A DNA stretch of 64,000 nt. It comes from Pyrinomonadaceae bacterium (lineage in GTDB: Bacteria > Acidobacteriota > Blastocatellia > Pyrinomonadales > Pyrinomonadaceae). Below the pieces are notes generated by a model. That model did no database searches and had not been told where the DNA came from. It saw only the letters and a program-made list of their open reading frames with translations. Shown piece after piece: positions 20,333-30,738 of this stretch. Location of the stretch: NCBI GenBank assembly GCA_046313635.1, contig JBKBYA010000008.1, positions 64,001 to 128,000 on the forward strand, written 5' to 3'. Each line of letters begins with the position of its first letter. The stretch's first letter is position 1. The position numbers and the translations under genes are program-made.

Positions 20333-21658
20333 TCACATCGGGCGGTTTTGGAGCGGGACGACGCCTTCGCCTTTGGTCCATTTGCCGCCGGAGAAGACGG
20401 CGTCGGGCGGGAATTCCCTTTCGAGATCTTTTGACGACCAGTCGATACGGCGGTCCTTTTTGTAAAAGAGCAGCTCGGCCAACTCGCCTCGTTTGAGAGA
20501 TCCGAATCTTTGTACGACCACAAACTTATCGGCCGCATAGTCCTCGAGTGCCGCGACATTCTTCAGATCGCCCAGATCGCGAATGGTCGCCGACTGCGTA
20601 AAGCTGGCCCGGCGGCGCGAGCGGACGACGCCGATGTCAACCGTCGCACGCTTTTGCGGGTCGGCCGCATCGATCACCGTCGCGGCGCGAAAGATGACGC
20701 TGTAGAGCGAGCCCGAGCTGTTTGGCCTGAGAGCGAGATAAGCGTCGGGGCTCAGCTTCTTTTCGCTGCCATCGGCGAGCGACGTGAGCGCGGTCACGAG
20801 GGCGACGAAGTTCATCTTGACCAGATACATCTCGTCGCGGCCGTGCAGCGCGCCGGTCTCGATAAGGATCACGGGCGTGCCCCACGCGGTAAAGTTGTCG
20901 CCGAATGCGGTCGACGTATATTCGTCGTCGTAGCGGCCGATATTCTCCGGGATGAAATTGTTCAGCGCGTGAACGATGCCGGCGGCGACGCGTTTGTTGC
21001 GTTCGAGACCTTCGCTCGACGTCCTCGCCGCATCGCCGTGAACGACGAGCAGCGAGATCGCCGCCTGCCTGCGCGTCGAGCCGACGGTCGTGAGTGCATT
21101 TTGGTTGTGAAGGTTGAATCCGATCGCCGGCTGCCACTCGTCACGGAGCCTTTTAAGAATCCGCGCCTCGGGCGTCGCAAGGTTGACGGCGTCGCGGTTG
21201 ATATCGATGTCCTGCAGATTGCGCCGCTGGTAGAGCTCGGTCCCGTCGGGGTTGAGCATCGGCACGGCGCGGATCGTAAGATTCTCTTCAATGCGTTTGA
21301 CCCAGTCCTTTTCGCGATGCCTTTGCAGGTACGCGAACATATCGACAAGCGCCGACGTCGCGGTCGGCTCGTCGCCGTGCATCTGCGACCACATAAAGAC
21401 CTTCAGCGGCCCGCGGCCGAATTCGATCTGAAAGATCTCGCGATTCGCATTGCTGCGGCCGACCTCGTCGACCTTGAGCCCGAGCTTCTTGAGCTCGTCG
21501 AGATAGGCGACGAGATCTTTGTGCCGCACGTCTGACGGCCGTATTCGCGATATGTGATGCTTGTCCCAGATCTCGGCGAGGTTCTTAGCCGAAGGTTGAG
21601 CAGATATTTGCATGGAAAGGATCAGCAATGCGATAGCCAGTGACGCTGCCAAATTCAT
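20333..21658 (-). CDS. M14 family zinc carboxypeptidase, secreted
   Basis: Signal peptide; HGDE, NPDG, NRD and NLH zinc/substrate motifs. Confidence 0.85.
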   Translation of the reverse strand: MNLAASLAIALLILSMQISAQPSAKNLAEIWDKHHISRIRPSDVRHKDLVAYLDELKKLGLKVDEVGRSNANREIFQIEFGRGPLKVFMWSQMHGDEPTATSALVDMFAYLQRHREKDWVKRIEENLTIRAVPMLNPDGTELYQRRNLQDIDINRDAVNLATPEARILKRLRDEWQPAIGFNLHNQNALTTVGSTRRQAAISLLVVHGDAARTSSEGLERNKRVAAGIVHALNNFIPENIGRYDDEYTSTAFGDNFTAWGTPVILIETGALHGRDEMYLVKMNFVALVTALTSLADGSEKKLSPDAYLALRPNSSGSLYSVIFRAATVIDAADPQKRATVDIGVVRSRRRASFTQSATIRDLGDLKNVAALEDYAADKFVVVQRFGSLKRGELAELLFYKKDRRIDWSSKDLEREFPPDAVFSGGKWTKGEGVVPLQNRPM

Positions 21659-21769
21659 AGATAAAAAGATAGCCCGACGAGCGTCAAAAACGCGAACGCG
21701 TCGTGAACTGCAGCCGCCCACGCAACGCCGCCGCTAACGCTCTCTCTCTCACGGTTGAGCTGCCGCACC

Positions 21770-23722
21770 TCACGCACGCCCCGAGCGCATCACTCGCAGC
21801 ACCTCGGCGACGCTCCATGCCTGGGCCGGGCAGCCGCGCGGAGCGTGCGGCGGTTCGGCGTCGAATATTTCGGAGATCTGCCCGAGGCCGGCCTCGGACA
21901 GATGCGGGCGAAAGCCGTCGAGGATCTCGGCGACGCGCCATTCGCGATCGGGAAATACCCGACGATACGCGTCGATAAAAGGCCCGATCAGCCACGCCCA
22001 GACCGTTCCCTGGTGATAGGCCGAGTCGCGCTCGAAAGGGCCGCCGATGTATCGCGGGACGTAGGCCGGATCACGCGGCGAGAGCGAACGCAGCCCGACC
22101 GGCGTGAGAAGCTCGGCCTCGACCTTTTCGACGACCTTGCGTGAGCGCTCGTCGTCGAGCATCGAGTACGGCAGCGAAACCGCAAGGATCTGATTCGGCC
22201 GGATCGCGGCGTCGCGATGGCCGTTCTCGACGACGTCAAACAGGCACTGCTCGTCGGCATTCCAAAAGACGGCGTTAAAGCTCAGCTCTGCAAGGTCGGC
22301 CATCGCACGGTAACGATCGCGGTCATCATGCTCGCCAAAACGCTCGGCAAGGTCGGCCATCGCTCGCAGGGCGTTGTACCAGAGCGCCTGTATCTCGACG
22401 GCCTTGCCCGTGCGCGGCGTGACGACGAGATCGCCGATCTTCGCGTCCATCCACGTGAGCTGCACGCCCGGCTCGCCGGCATATAGCAGGCCGTCGGTAT
22501 CGACGTGGATCCGGTAGCGTGTGCCGCGGAGGTGCCAGGTGACGATATCGGACAGATGTCGGTAGAGATTCTTTTTGACGAAGCGAAAATCTCCGCTCGC
22601 CTCCGCGTACGCGCGGACGGCCTCGACGTACCACAGCGTCGCGTCGACCGTGTTGTACTCGGCCGCTTCGCCCTCGTCGGGAAAGCGGTTGGGGATCATC
22701 CCCTGCGAGACGTGCCGCGAAAACTCAAGAAGGATCTCCTTGGCGAGCGTCGGCCGGCCGGTCGCCAGCGTGAGGCCGTTCAAAGCGATCATCGTGTCGC
22801 GTCCCCAATCGGAGAACCAAGGATAGCCGGCGATGACCGTGTGGCCGTCGCCGCGTGCGACCACGAACTGATCGGCGGCGAGCATCAGATCGCGCTCAAA
22901 TTCGGTCTGTGCCGAGGCGGTGAGTTTGCGGCGACGGCGGATCTCGGAGCGCTCGAGCCGGTCGACTTTTTTGACTGCTGGCGGCGGAGCGTCTCCGCAT
23001 TCGATCATCACGACCGCGTCGCTCGCCATGTCGAAAGTTAGCTCGAAGGGCTGAAAAAGGTCCTCGCAAAAGTCGAACCCGCGCTCGCTCTCGACCGCGA
23101 GTTCGAAGTCTCGGTACCAGTACCCGGTCGACGCGACCGAGCGGCCATTATGCCGCAAATGGAGCGGCGGCATTTCGGCGACGGGCCGCATCGTTACGAG
23201 ATCGCCGTCCGACGCAAAGTCGGTCGAGAATTCGCCGCCGGCTCGGCGCAGATGGTGGTAGTCGACAAAGGAGATGAGCGGCCGCAAGCGAAGCTCGATC
23301 TGCCTCGCGGACGGCCCGAGATCACGTACGCTCCAGCGGCAGACCGTGAGGTTGCGGCCGTTGACCATAAAGACGCGCTTTTCGATCTCGACTCCGTCGA
23401 CCGCAAACTTCCAGATCGGGAATGGGTCGAGACGAAACTCCTCGATCAGCTCAAAGCCGCGCGGATGAATCGTGCCGGGATAGCGATTGGCCGAGAGCTC
23501 GTGCTCGACGCCGTCGATAACGAGTGTCTCCTCGAGCTTGGCGACGGTCGTGATGCGGCCGAGCGGCGGACGCGTCGCGGCGGCAAGCAGCGAATGGTAC
23601 CGGCGCGTCAGGATGCCCGAGACCGTTCCCGACGCAAAGCCGCCGATACCGTTGGTCTCGATCCATTCGCGCGAGGCGGACTGCTCGACGTCGGAGCAGA
23701 CGGTCTTGTCGAGTACGATCAT
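21770..23722 (-). CDS. Glycogen debranching enzyme (amylo-alpha-1,6-glucosidase, GDE_N + GDE_C)
   Basis: EWIETNGIGGFASG, AGYPWFSDWGRDTMI, LTWMDA, YHQGTVWAWL, QAWSVAE. True start is MIVLDK at 23722. Confidence 0.92.
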   Translation of the reverse strand: MIVLDKTVCSDVEQSASREWIETNGIGGFASGTVSGILTRRYHSLLAAATRPPLGRITTVAKLEETLVIDGVEHELSANRYPGTIHPRGFELIEEFRLDPFPIWKFAVDGVEIEKRVFMVNGRNLTVCRWSVRDLGPSARQIELRLRPLISFVDYHHLRRAGGEFSTDFASDGDLVTMRPVAEMPPLHLRHNGRSVASTGYWYRDFELAVESERGFDFCEDLFQPFELTFDMASDAVVMIECGDAPPPAVKKVDRLERSEIRRRRKLTASAQTEFERDLMLAADQFVVARGDGHTVIAGYPWFSDWGRDTMIALNGLTLATGRPTLAKEILLEFSRHVSQGMIPNRFPDEGEAAEYNTVDATLWYVEAVRAYAEASGDFRFVKKNLYRHLSDIVTWHLRGTRYRIHVDTDGLLYAGEPGVQLTWMDAKIGDLVVTPRTGKAVEIQALWYNALRAMADLAERFGEHDDRDRYRAMADLAELSFNAVFWNADEQCLFDVVENGHRDAAIRPNQILAVSLPYSMLDDERSRKVVEKVEAELLTPVGLRSLSPRDPAYVPRYIGGPFERDSAYHQGTVWAWLIGPFIDAYRRVFPDREWRVAEILDGFRPHLSEAGLGQISEIFDAEPPHAPRGCPAQAWSVAEVLRVMRSGRA

Positions 23723-23729
23723 TGTGAAT

Positions 23730-24836
23730 TCAATTGCCCGGGCCGGTCGTGATCTCTCGGTAGAGCCTCTCGGTCTCGTCGACCATCTTCTCGAGCGAAA
23801 AGCGCTCGAGCGCTCGAGAGCGCAATTCGCCGCCGAGCGATCTGAGCAGCGAGCTGTCGTCAAGCAGCTCGGAGACGCGCGCTGCGAGAGCCGTCGGGTC
23901 GCCGACCGGGACGAGCAGATCTTCGCGGCCGAGCAGCTCGCGTGAACCCTCGGTCGCGGTCGCGACGACCGCCCGGGCGTGAAGCATCGCTTCGAGCGTC
24001 GCGAGACCGAAACTCTCGGTCTGCGATGGAGAAACGTAAATATCGATAGCCGATAGCAGCGGCCGCAGGTCCTCGACCCAATCGAGCCAGACGATGCGGT
24101 CGTCGACGCCCATGACCCCCGCGAGACGCTTGAGCTGGCGGCGAAAGGTCTGTCCCGCCGACTCGTCGCGGCCCGCGACGACAAAACGCGCCTCGGGATG
24201 CCGCTTGAGGATCTCGGCGGCGGCGATGACGAATTCGCGTTGGCCCTTGAGCTCGGTCAGCTGGCCGATCGTGCCGATCAGAGGACTCGCTGCCGGCAGT
24301 CGATGAAACTCGCGAAACTCCGCCGCCGCACGTCCCGCATCCTCACCCGTGGTGGGCGCGGCGATGCCGTTGGCGATCGTCGTCACGCGCTCCGGACCAA
24401 AGATCGCCGCGAGCTGGTCGGCCGCGGCCGGCGATACCGCGATGGCGCGAGAGAGATTGCGAAGCGCGAATTTGTTAAACGGCTTGAGCGGAAAAAGCAC
24501 GTGGCGAGTCAGCACAAATTTCGTGTCGCGAGCGACCATCGACGCGATGCTCGCCGGTATGTAGTCGCGCGCGACGTGAGCGTGAATTATCTCGATCTCG
24601 TTCTCACGGGCAAAGTCGGCGATGCGCTTGGCGCTGAAGACACCGAACGAGTTGCGGATCGAGACCGTCAGAACGTTTTGCTCGGGCACGAAGTCGAGCC
24701 GCTCTCGCCAGCGGCAGGTCGGGCGCACCGCGACAAAAACGTCGTTGCCCCGCTCGGCAAGACCACGGCAGAGATCGACGAGATGCCGCTCGCCGCCGCC
24801 GTAGGTCACCGCCGACGAGATATGTAGTATTCGCAT
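23730..24836 (-). CDS. Glycosyltransferase family 4
   Basis: GGGERH N-terminus, KGQ, ESFGLATLEAM (EX7E motif). Confidence 0.9.
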   Translation of the reverse strand: MRILHISSAVTYGGGERHLVDLCRGLAERGNDVFVAVRPTCRWRERLDFVPEQNVLTVSIRNSFGVFSAKRIADFARENEIEIIHAHVARDYIPASIASMVARDTKFVLTRHVLFPLKPFNKFALRNLSRAIAVSPAAADQLAAIFGPERVTTIANGIAAPTTGEDAGRAAAEFREFHRLPAASPLIGTIGQLTELKGQREFVIAAAEILKRHPEARFVVAGRDESAGQTFRRQLKRLAGVMGVDDRIVWLDWVEDLRPLLSAIDIYVSPSQTESFGLATLEAMLHARAVVATATEGSRELLGREDLLVPVGDPTALAARVSELLDDSSLLRSLGGELRSRALERFSLEKMVDETERLYREITTGPGN

Positions 24837-24868
24837 CGCTCAAAAAGGTTACAACGAAAAACGAAGGC

Positions 24869-24901
24869 AAAAAAAGGCACGCTCCAAAACTGAAGCGTGC
24901 C
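24869..24901 (-). terminator. Intrinsic terminator of the TonB-receptor gene
   Basis: GGCACGCT/AGCGTGCC stem with a 7-T tract on the minus strand. Confidence 0.75.
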
Positions 24902-24926
24902 GCAGCTGTCTCGGTATCAAGCGAAA

Positions 24927-27900
24927 CTAGAACTGGAACCGAGCTCCCAACTGCATCTGGAAGACCTGGCTTCCGGGGTTGTTTGACACGATGATCTGAT
25001 CGCTCGTGTTTCGCACCCGAAGGAAGTTGGGATTGGTGATCCCGTCCAGTCCGCAGCGGTTGGGCTGACCGGCGACCGCCGCCGAACAGTAGTTTGTCTG
25101 TCCGCCGGAGATCTGCGTATTCGAGAAGTTGAAGATATTGAAGAACTCGGTAAAGAGGATCAAACGCTTCGTCTCGTCGAACCGGAAACCCTTTTGAACG
25201 CGGAGGTCGATGTCGTACGTCGGACGGTTTCGATAGAAGTTGCGCGGCAGCTCGATGCCGGGCACCAGGAACGGACGGTCATTGTTGAGACCGTCGCCGT
25301 TAAGGTCGCTGCCGACCGTCGTGTTGATCGGCGAACCTGAACGGATGCGGATCGCACTGCCGACCTCGAAGCCGAAAGGAGCGAAGAAGACAGGGTTTGC
25401 AACGAACTGGTGCGTCCGATCGAGACGCGACGGACCGAACTCGGCCCTCAGGTCGTACGGGTTGGTGTAAAGCACGCCGCCCGAGTCGCGCTCGTTGTCG
25501 TCGTCCGACCGGTTGCGCGACCACGTGTAATAGGCGTTGATCAAGCCCCACTTGCGGTTAAGACGCGTACGGAACGTGACCGCCTGGTAGAACGAGCGGG
25601 CCGACGACTCGCGGACCTGAACGCTGCTGAGCTGCGAGACCGGACGCGTGCGGTTGGTCCAGGTCGCAGTCGACGGGATGACCTGCGGCCGCGTGATACC
25701 GATGATCGGCCGCTGCGACGGGTCGAGCGCCGTGCTCAGCAGGATCGGTGCCGGCAGATTGACGTCGACGTTCCGCTGCAGGAAGTTTGTTCTGACCTGC
25801 GAATAGTCGATACCGATCACCCAGTTGGTCGCGACCTCTCGCTCGACGCCGAAGCCGAACTGGATCGATTCCGGATTCTTGAAGTTCGGATCGGTGCTCG
25901 TCACCTGGATGCCGTTGATGATGTTCGGATTGAACGACGGATTAATGGCCGCTCCGATCGTCTGCACCTGTGCGGGCGTCAGCGTCGGAAGCGAATCGAT
26001 CGCGACGTTGTTCAGGTTGATGCCGATGATCGCGAACTGACGATAGATCGTATTCGCCACGCAACGCGGATCGACCGGCGTCTGGTTTGGAACGCAGCCC
26101 GTGATCGCGATGTACTGCGCGGCTGCCGGCGTGTTCAGGAACGTGTTGAAGGCCGTCTGATTGAACGTGACGCCGCCGCTGCCGAGGATCGCGCGAACGT
26201 TGCCCGGCGGATTGCGGTAATTATTGATCGAGTCGGCAAGCAGGAGGAGCGGCGTGCGGGCATAGTAGATGCCGCTGAAAGCACGAACGACCGTCTTGCC
26301 GTCGCCTGCCGGGTCCCATGCAAAGCCGAGTCTCGGGCCCCACTGCCAGCCGCTGTCGGGGATCTGGGTCGGGTCGACACCTCGACCGCCCATCCGCGGG
26401 AACGAGGCGTTGCGAACCAGATTCACGAGGTCCGTATTGGAGACGTCCGGCTCGGGGTTGTACTGCTGCTCGGCCCGCAGACCGAAGTTAAGCGTGAATC
26501 GCGGCGTGAGCCTCCACGAATCCTGTGCAAAGAATGCGAGCTCCTGCACCTTGATCGCGGCCTGAAGGTTGCCGATCTGCTGGCGATAGATCGCACGCGT
26601 ATCGTCAAACCGGCCGAGGAATGTCGCCGGACTCGTCGAGTCGCGGGCCGACATGATCCGGAGCGTGTCGTTGATCGCCGAGCTGCTCGAGCCGATGCTA
26701 AGGCTGTACTCGCCCGTCTGCCCAAAGCCGAAGATCTGCTCGGCGTGGATGCGGCTGTATTCGCCGCCGAACTTCAAAGTGTGGTTGCCCGCGAGCCAAG
26801 TCAAGCTGTCGGCAAATTGGAGACGCGTGTCGAACTGCGTCGTCGGAAGGAAGTTGCGCGTGCCGAACTCACCGATGCCGGTAAAGACGTTCGGCTTGAG
26901 CTCGTTGGCCAGACGCGGGCGCTCCTCGCGTGCGTACTGGACGCGGAGGTCATTCACCACCGACGGCGTAAAATTGGTGACCAACTGGCTGACCGAGGAC
27001 CAATTCTTGTCTTGCTCGGTACCGTTGGTGCCCAGGGCACGGCTGGTCGTCGGGTCGAAGGAGGTCTCACCGGTCGAGACGCCGTTGAGAGCTTTGTTCT
27101 GGCTGTAGTTGAATCGAGTATTGAAGCGGTTGTTATTGTTGATGTTCCAGTCGATCTTTCCGAGTCCCGCGTAGGCGTCGTTGGTCTGGGTGAACGGAAC
27201 TTCTTGACCGCGGTAATAGTTGTAGACCGCGAGCTGCGTGGCGGTCGGTGTAATGCCGATCAGCGTCGGGTAAAGGATCTGACGCGGAGCACGGAAACGC
27301 TGCTGCTCGTAGGTGGCGAAGTAAAAGAGCTTGTCCTTGACAATCGGCCCGCCGATCGAACCGCCGAACTGCTGCAGGGTCGGGGCGAGCGTGGCGTCGA
27401 CGCCGGTCCGTCCGTTGACGACGATCTGGCTCAGACGCTGCTCCTGCAGGGCCTTGGCGTATGAGTTGCCGCGAGCGAGCTGCCGCGGGCGGATCTGGTA
27501 AAAGAGCGAACCGCGAAGGTTATTGGTGCCGCTCTTGGTAACGACGTTGACGATGCCGCCCGTCGATCGCCCGAACTCGGCGGAGTAGCCGGCCGCGACG
27601 ACCTGGAATTCGCGGATGCCCTCCTGCGGAATGGTAAATGACGAGTTTGAACGTTCGCCGCCGCGGATGCCGCCAAAGAAGGGCTGGTTAAAGTCGACAC
27701 CGTCGACGTTGATATTGCTGTTGATGCCGCGCTGGCCGCTCAGCGAGATCTGGCCGCGTGACGGGTCGACCTGTGCGGTCGGCGTCAGCGTGACGAAATC
27801 CTGAAAGCGGCGGCCGTTGATGGGCAGATTCGTGATGGCCGTTTCACTGATGACGGCGTCGGCGTTGCTCTGGGTCGTCTGCACGCCCTCGGCCGTCACC

Positions 27901-28271
27901 GTCACTTCCGCGGCGACATTACCGGCGCCGAGCGTGAAGTTTGCGTCGGTCGCACGGCCGACCTGGACCTCGACGTTCAGCGTCTGCTCGCCAAAGCTTG
28001 CTCCGGTCGCCTTGACCGTATAAAAGCCGGGCTGGAGCAGCACAAAGCGGTAAACGCCGTCATCGCTGGTCGTGACGGTCTGCGTCTGGTTGGTCGCCTT
28101 GCTGGTCAGCGTAACGGTCGCGTTAGGAACCACGGCCCCAGTGCTGTCCGATACGACACCGGTGATCTGACCCGTGCCCGCCTGAGCCTGTGCTGCTGCC
28201 GTCGAACTAAAGATCATGACAGCGGCCAGGAGGACGATCAGACTCGAAAGAACTTTTTTGATCATGAGCAT
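24927..28271 (-). CDS. Oar-like TonB-dependent outer-membrane receptor with N-terminal carboxypeptidase-regulatory-like domain
   Basis: Signal peptide; GVVSDSTGAVVPNATVT, LPINGRRF, YSAEFGRSTGG..NVVTKSGTN, terminal QLGARFQF. Confidence 0.9.
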   Translation of the reverse strand: MLMIKKVLSSLIVLLAAVMIFSSTAAAQAQAGTGQITGVVSDSTGAVVPNATVTLTSKATNQTQTVTTSDDGVYRFVLLQPGFYTVKATGASFGEQTLNVEVQVGRATDANFTLGAGNVAAEVTVTAEGVQTTQSNADAVISETAITNLPINGRRFQDFVTLTPTAQVDPSRGQISLSGQRGINSNINVDGVDFNQPFFGGIRGGERSNSSFTIPQEGIREFQVVAAGYSAEFGRSTGGIVNVVTKSGTNNLRGSLFYQIRPRQLARGNSYAKALQEQRLSQIVVNGRTGVDATLAPTLQQFGGSIGGPIVKDKLFYFATYEQQRFRAPRQILYPTLIGITPTATQLAVYNYYRGQEVPFTQTNDAYAGLGKIDWNINNNNRFNTRFNYSQNKALNGVSTGETSFDPTTSRALGTNGTEQDKNWSSVSQLVTNFTPSVVNDLRVQYAREERPRLANELKPNVFTGIGEFGTRNFLPTTQFDTRLQFADSLTWLAGNHTLKFGGEYSRIHAEQIFGFGQTGEYSLSIGSSSSAINDTLRIMSARDSTSPATFLGRFDDTRAIYRQQIGNLQAAIKVQELAFFAQDSWRLTPRFTLNFGLRAEQQYNPEPDVSNTDLVNLVRNASFPRMGGRGVDPTQIPDSGWQWGPRLGFAWDPAGDGKTVVRAFSGIYYARTPLLLLADSINNYRNPPGNVRAILGSGGVTFNQTAFNTFLNTPAAAQYIAITGCVPNQTPVDPRCVANTIYRQFAIIGINLNNVAIDSLPTLTPAQVQTIGAAINPSFNPNIINGIQVTSTDPNFKNPESIQFGFGVEREVATNWVIGIDYSQVRTNFLQRNVDVNLPAPILLSTALDPSQRPIIGITRPQVIPSTATWTNRTRPVSQLSSVQVRESSARSFYQAVTFRTRLNRKWGLINAYYTWSRNRSDDDNERDSGGVLYTNPYDLRAEFGPSRLDRTHQFVANPVFFAPFGFEVGSAIRIRSGSPINTTVGSDLNGDGLNNDRPFLVPGIELPRNFYRNRPTYDIDLRVQKGFRFDETKRLILFTEFFNIFNFSNTQISGGQTNYCSAAVAGQPNRCGLDGITNPNFLRVRNTSDQIIVSNNPGSQVFQMQLGARFQF

Positions 28272-28887
28272 TTGTGACCTCGATTTTTCAAAATGACGTT
28301 AGATAAATTGCGTCGGCTTAAGGCCGAAGATCTATATTCCGAATTTCGGATTTTTCTCCTGCTTTTTGAATTCAGCACGTACTTATACAACAGCTCGCCG
28401 AAAATCAGAAACCGCCGGAAATCTTCCGAAACTTACCTGTAACTTCTTGATCAGTACAATGTTGACCGCACTGACCGTAAAACTTTGTTTGGGTGACTGC
28501 TATCTTGAGAGCTGTGAGCCTTAAAGTACGCGTAGGAGAATGCAATCCGAGTTCCCTAAGCCGGCGGCTCGGCGGCCCATGAGGCCTGCAAACGGCGTAA
28601 ACGCCCTCCTCACCCACGGCCCGACGGGCCCTGGACGAGGCACGGCCATCCCATTGGATTCGGGTTTCTCGATTTTTCGACATTTAAGCCGGGCGTAACG
28701 GCCGATCGGGCGTGGCAGGGACCGGCACTTTGTCGATCCCGGGAAGTATTTGCGGGATATGACCCTTTAGGCGGGACCGAAACTTGACTTTTTTGTAAGA
28801 AGGGCGTAAGTTTGGCGGGATAACTCGACCGCTGGAGACGAGTCTGGTTATTTGAAATTACGGGATCGAGTATGGGGGGAAATAAAT

Positions 28888-29289
28888 ATGGCTCAATTAG
28901 ATTATTCTGCATCGTCATATAGGACGCCGGTGCAGCACCGAATTTTGGCTAACATGCCGGTCCAGGCTAGCTGGATCGATTCGGAGAGTGGCAAGAAAGT
29001 AAAGGTAGAGGGCCTGACGGAACACGTCGGCGAGAATGGCACCTTGGTGAATCTGGAAGTTCTACCGCCAGTTGGAAGCGAGGTAAAACTCACAATTCTC
29101 GACGAAGACAAAGCAATCATAGAAGTTTCTACTCAGGTGATCCGCGTCGAACGTGATCCGAGCAAGCCGCTCGCAGCCCTTTCGGTCTTGCAGAATCTGA
29201 AAAAATGGAAGCAGGTCGCTATCACGGCCGCCGAAAATTGGGTGCGACGTCACTGGCAGTTGAATTACGAAGAAGAGTGGGTCAACTAA
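28888..29289 (+). CDS. PilZ-like domain protein (degenerate motifs)
   Basis: 133 aa beta-rich; the R...R and TEHVGENG segments resemble the PilZ RxxxR and DxSxxG motifs. Confidence 0.55.
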   Translation: MAQLDYSASSYRTPVQHRILANMPVQASWIDSESGKKVKVEGLTEHVGENGTLVNLEVLPPVGSEVKLTILDEDKAIIEVSTQVIRVERDPSKPLAALSVLQNLKKWKQVAITAAENWVRRHWQLNYEEEWVN

Positions 29290-29314
29290 CTCTTCTGTCG
29301 TAGAGGCAATCAGG

Positions 29315-29360
29315 AAGCGGAGGCTTTTGAAGACAATTCAAAAGCCTCCGCTTATTATTT
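29315..29360 (+). terminator. Intrinsic terminator
   Basis: Perfect 17-bp stem AAGCGGAGGCTTTTGAA/TTCAAAAGCCTCCGCTT followed by a T-rich tail. Confidence 0.75.
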
Positions 29361-29426
29361 TGTCTGCGGCCGTCGGCCGGGGCCGCGTGCACAACGCGCC
29401 GCCTGCCGGCCGCATCCCTTGTTTCG

Positions 29427-30491
29427 ATGAAATTGTCTTGCATTCTGGCGATCGCTTTGGCGGTGTCGACCGTCGCCTTTTCGCAGTCAAAACCGCTGAC
29501 CCAGGCCGAGTTCGTCAAGCTTCTCTACGCGCTCCAAAAGGAGCCGGACGCAAAGACCCGGATCGTCGAGGCGCTCCGCAGCCGGGGCATCGATTTTGTG
29601 CTCACCGACGGCATTCGCGGACTCGCCCGCTCGAAATCGGGAAATGACGAGGATCTCCGCCGTGCCCTCGAGGAGGCCGAACGCCGACGCCGCGACCCGG
29701 CCGGCTCGGTGCTGCCGCCTCCAGCCGAAGCGGCGGTCGCTCTCGAAAGGACGAGGACCAACACGCTCGCCGCACTGGACGAGATGCCCGACTTTGTCGT
29801 CAAGCAGCAGATCCAGAGATCGGCCGCTTATGCCGGCACGGGCAATTATCGAGATCTAGACAAACTCGTCGTCGCCGTCAGCTACCGAGCCGAGGGTCAG
29901 GAAGAGTACAAGGTCCTCTCTTTGAACGGCGTCATTCAGAACGACCCGAAACCGAAACAAAGCTATGAGGAGGTCGGCGGGACGAGCTCCACGGGCGAAT
30001 TCGTCACGGTGCTTGCGACCATCTTCAAACCCGAGAGCGAGACCAGATTCGAGGCCGTCGAGACCGACGTCGTCCGCGGCCGCCGCGCGATCGTTTTTAA
30101 TTTTGATGTCGATCAGGAGCGTGCGAGACAGACGCTCGGCTGCAAGACGCTGATCGATAACTTTACGCGGACCGGGATGAAGGGCCGTATCTGGATAGAC
30201 CGGGCCGATTTCAGGGTACTGCGGATCGAGAGCGAGGCCACGGGCATCCCGGCAAACTTTCCCTGCCCGACCGCGAAGCGGATCATCGATTACGATTGGG
30301 CGACGATCGCCGATCAACGATATCTGCTGCCGCTCGTCTCGGACGTCCGACTGACGGTCAGAGATAAGGACAGACTCTTTGAGACGCGCAATCTGATCAG
30401 GTTCAAGAACTATCAGAAGTACGGCTCCGAGATCAGGATACTGGACGACGACGAGACGACGCCGGCCGAGGAAAAAAAGCCGCAGCAGTGA
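29427..30491 (+). CDS. Secreted hypothetical protein
   Basis: 354 aa with a signal peptide and a beta-rich C-terminal region (GRIWID..DFRVLRIE). Confidence 0.75.
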   Translation: MKLSCILAIALAVSTVAFSQSKPLTQAEFVKLLYALQKEPDAKTRIVEALRSRGIDFVLTDGIRGLARSKSGNDEDLRRALEEAERRRRDPAGSVLPPPAEAAVALERTRTNTLAALDEMPDFVVKQQIQRSAAYAGTGNYRDLDKLVVAVSYRAEGQEEYKVLSLNGVIQNDPKPKQSYEEVGGTSSTGEFVTVLATIFKPESETRFEAVETDVVRGRRAIVFNFDVDQERARQTLGCKTLIDNFTRTGMKGRIWIDRADFRVLRIESEATGIPANFPCPTAKRIIDYDWATIADQRYLLPLVSDVRLTVRDKDRLFETRNLIRFKNYQKYGSEIRILDDDETTPAEEKKPQQ

Positions 30492-30494
30492 CGA

Positions 30495-30629
30495 TCACTT
30501 GATGGCAAAGTAGGCGACGGCCGCCGGCACGATCAGCCATAGGAGGCCCTTGATCAAAAAGAACAGGAATGCCGCCAGGCCGACCCGTTTGCTCCATTTC
30601 GCCGTCGAGGTGTCTCTACTGACTTTCAC
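30495..30629 (-). CDS. Small membrane protein (44 aa), below the ORF-track cutoff
   Basis: GTG start gives VKVSRDTSTAKWSKRVGLAAFLFFLIKGLLWLIVPAAVAYFAIK; an alternative in-frame ATG lies at 30662. Confidence 0.65.
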   Translation of the reverse strand: MKVSRDTSTAKWSKRVGLAAFLFFLIKGLLWLIVPAAVAYFAIK

Positions 30630-30738
30630 CGCGAGCTCAGAATAGCATCTCAAGCTTGTCATATTCGATCCTCGGCGGCCCGCGGTTGGCTAACGGCGAC
30701 GCGGCTCGGCTAAACTCGATCCAAAGGAGGCCATCGGA

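Noticed and set aside
23723..24184. N-terminal extension of the 804-aa debranching-enzyme ORF
   Set aside because: It overlaps the glycosyltransferase in another frame; family similarity begins at MIVLDK (23722).
28272..28887. Long intergenic region as an ncRNA or riboswitch locus
   Set aside because: No recognisable RNA motif; adequately explained as a divergent promoter region.
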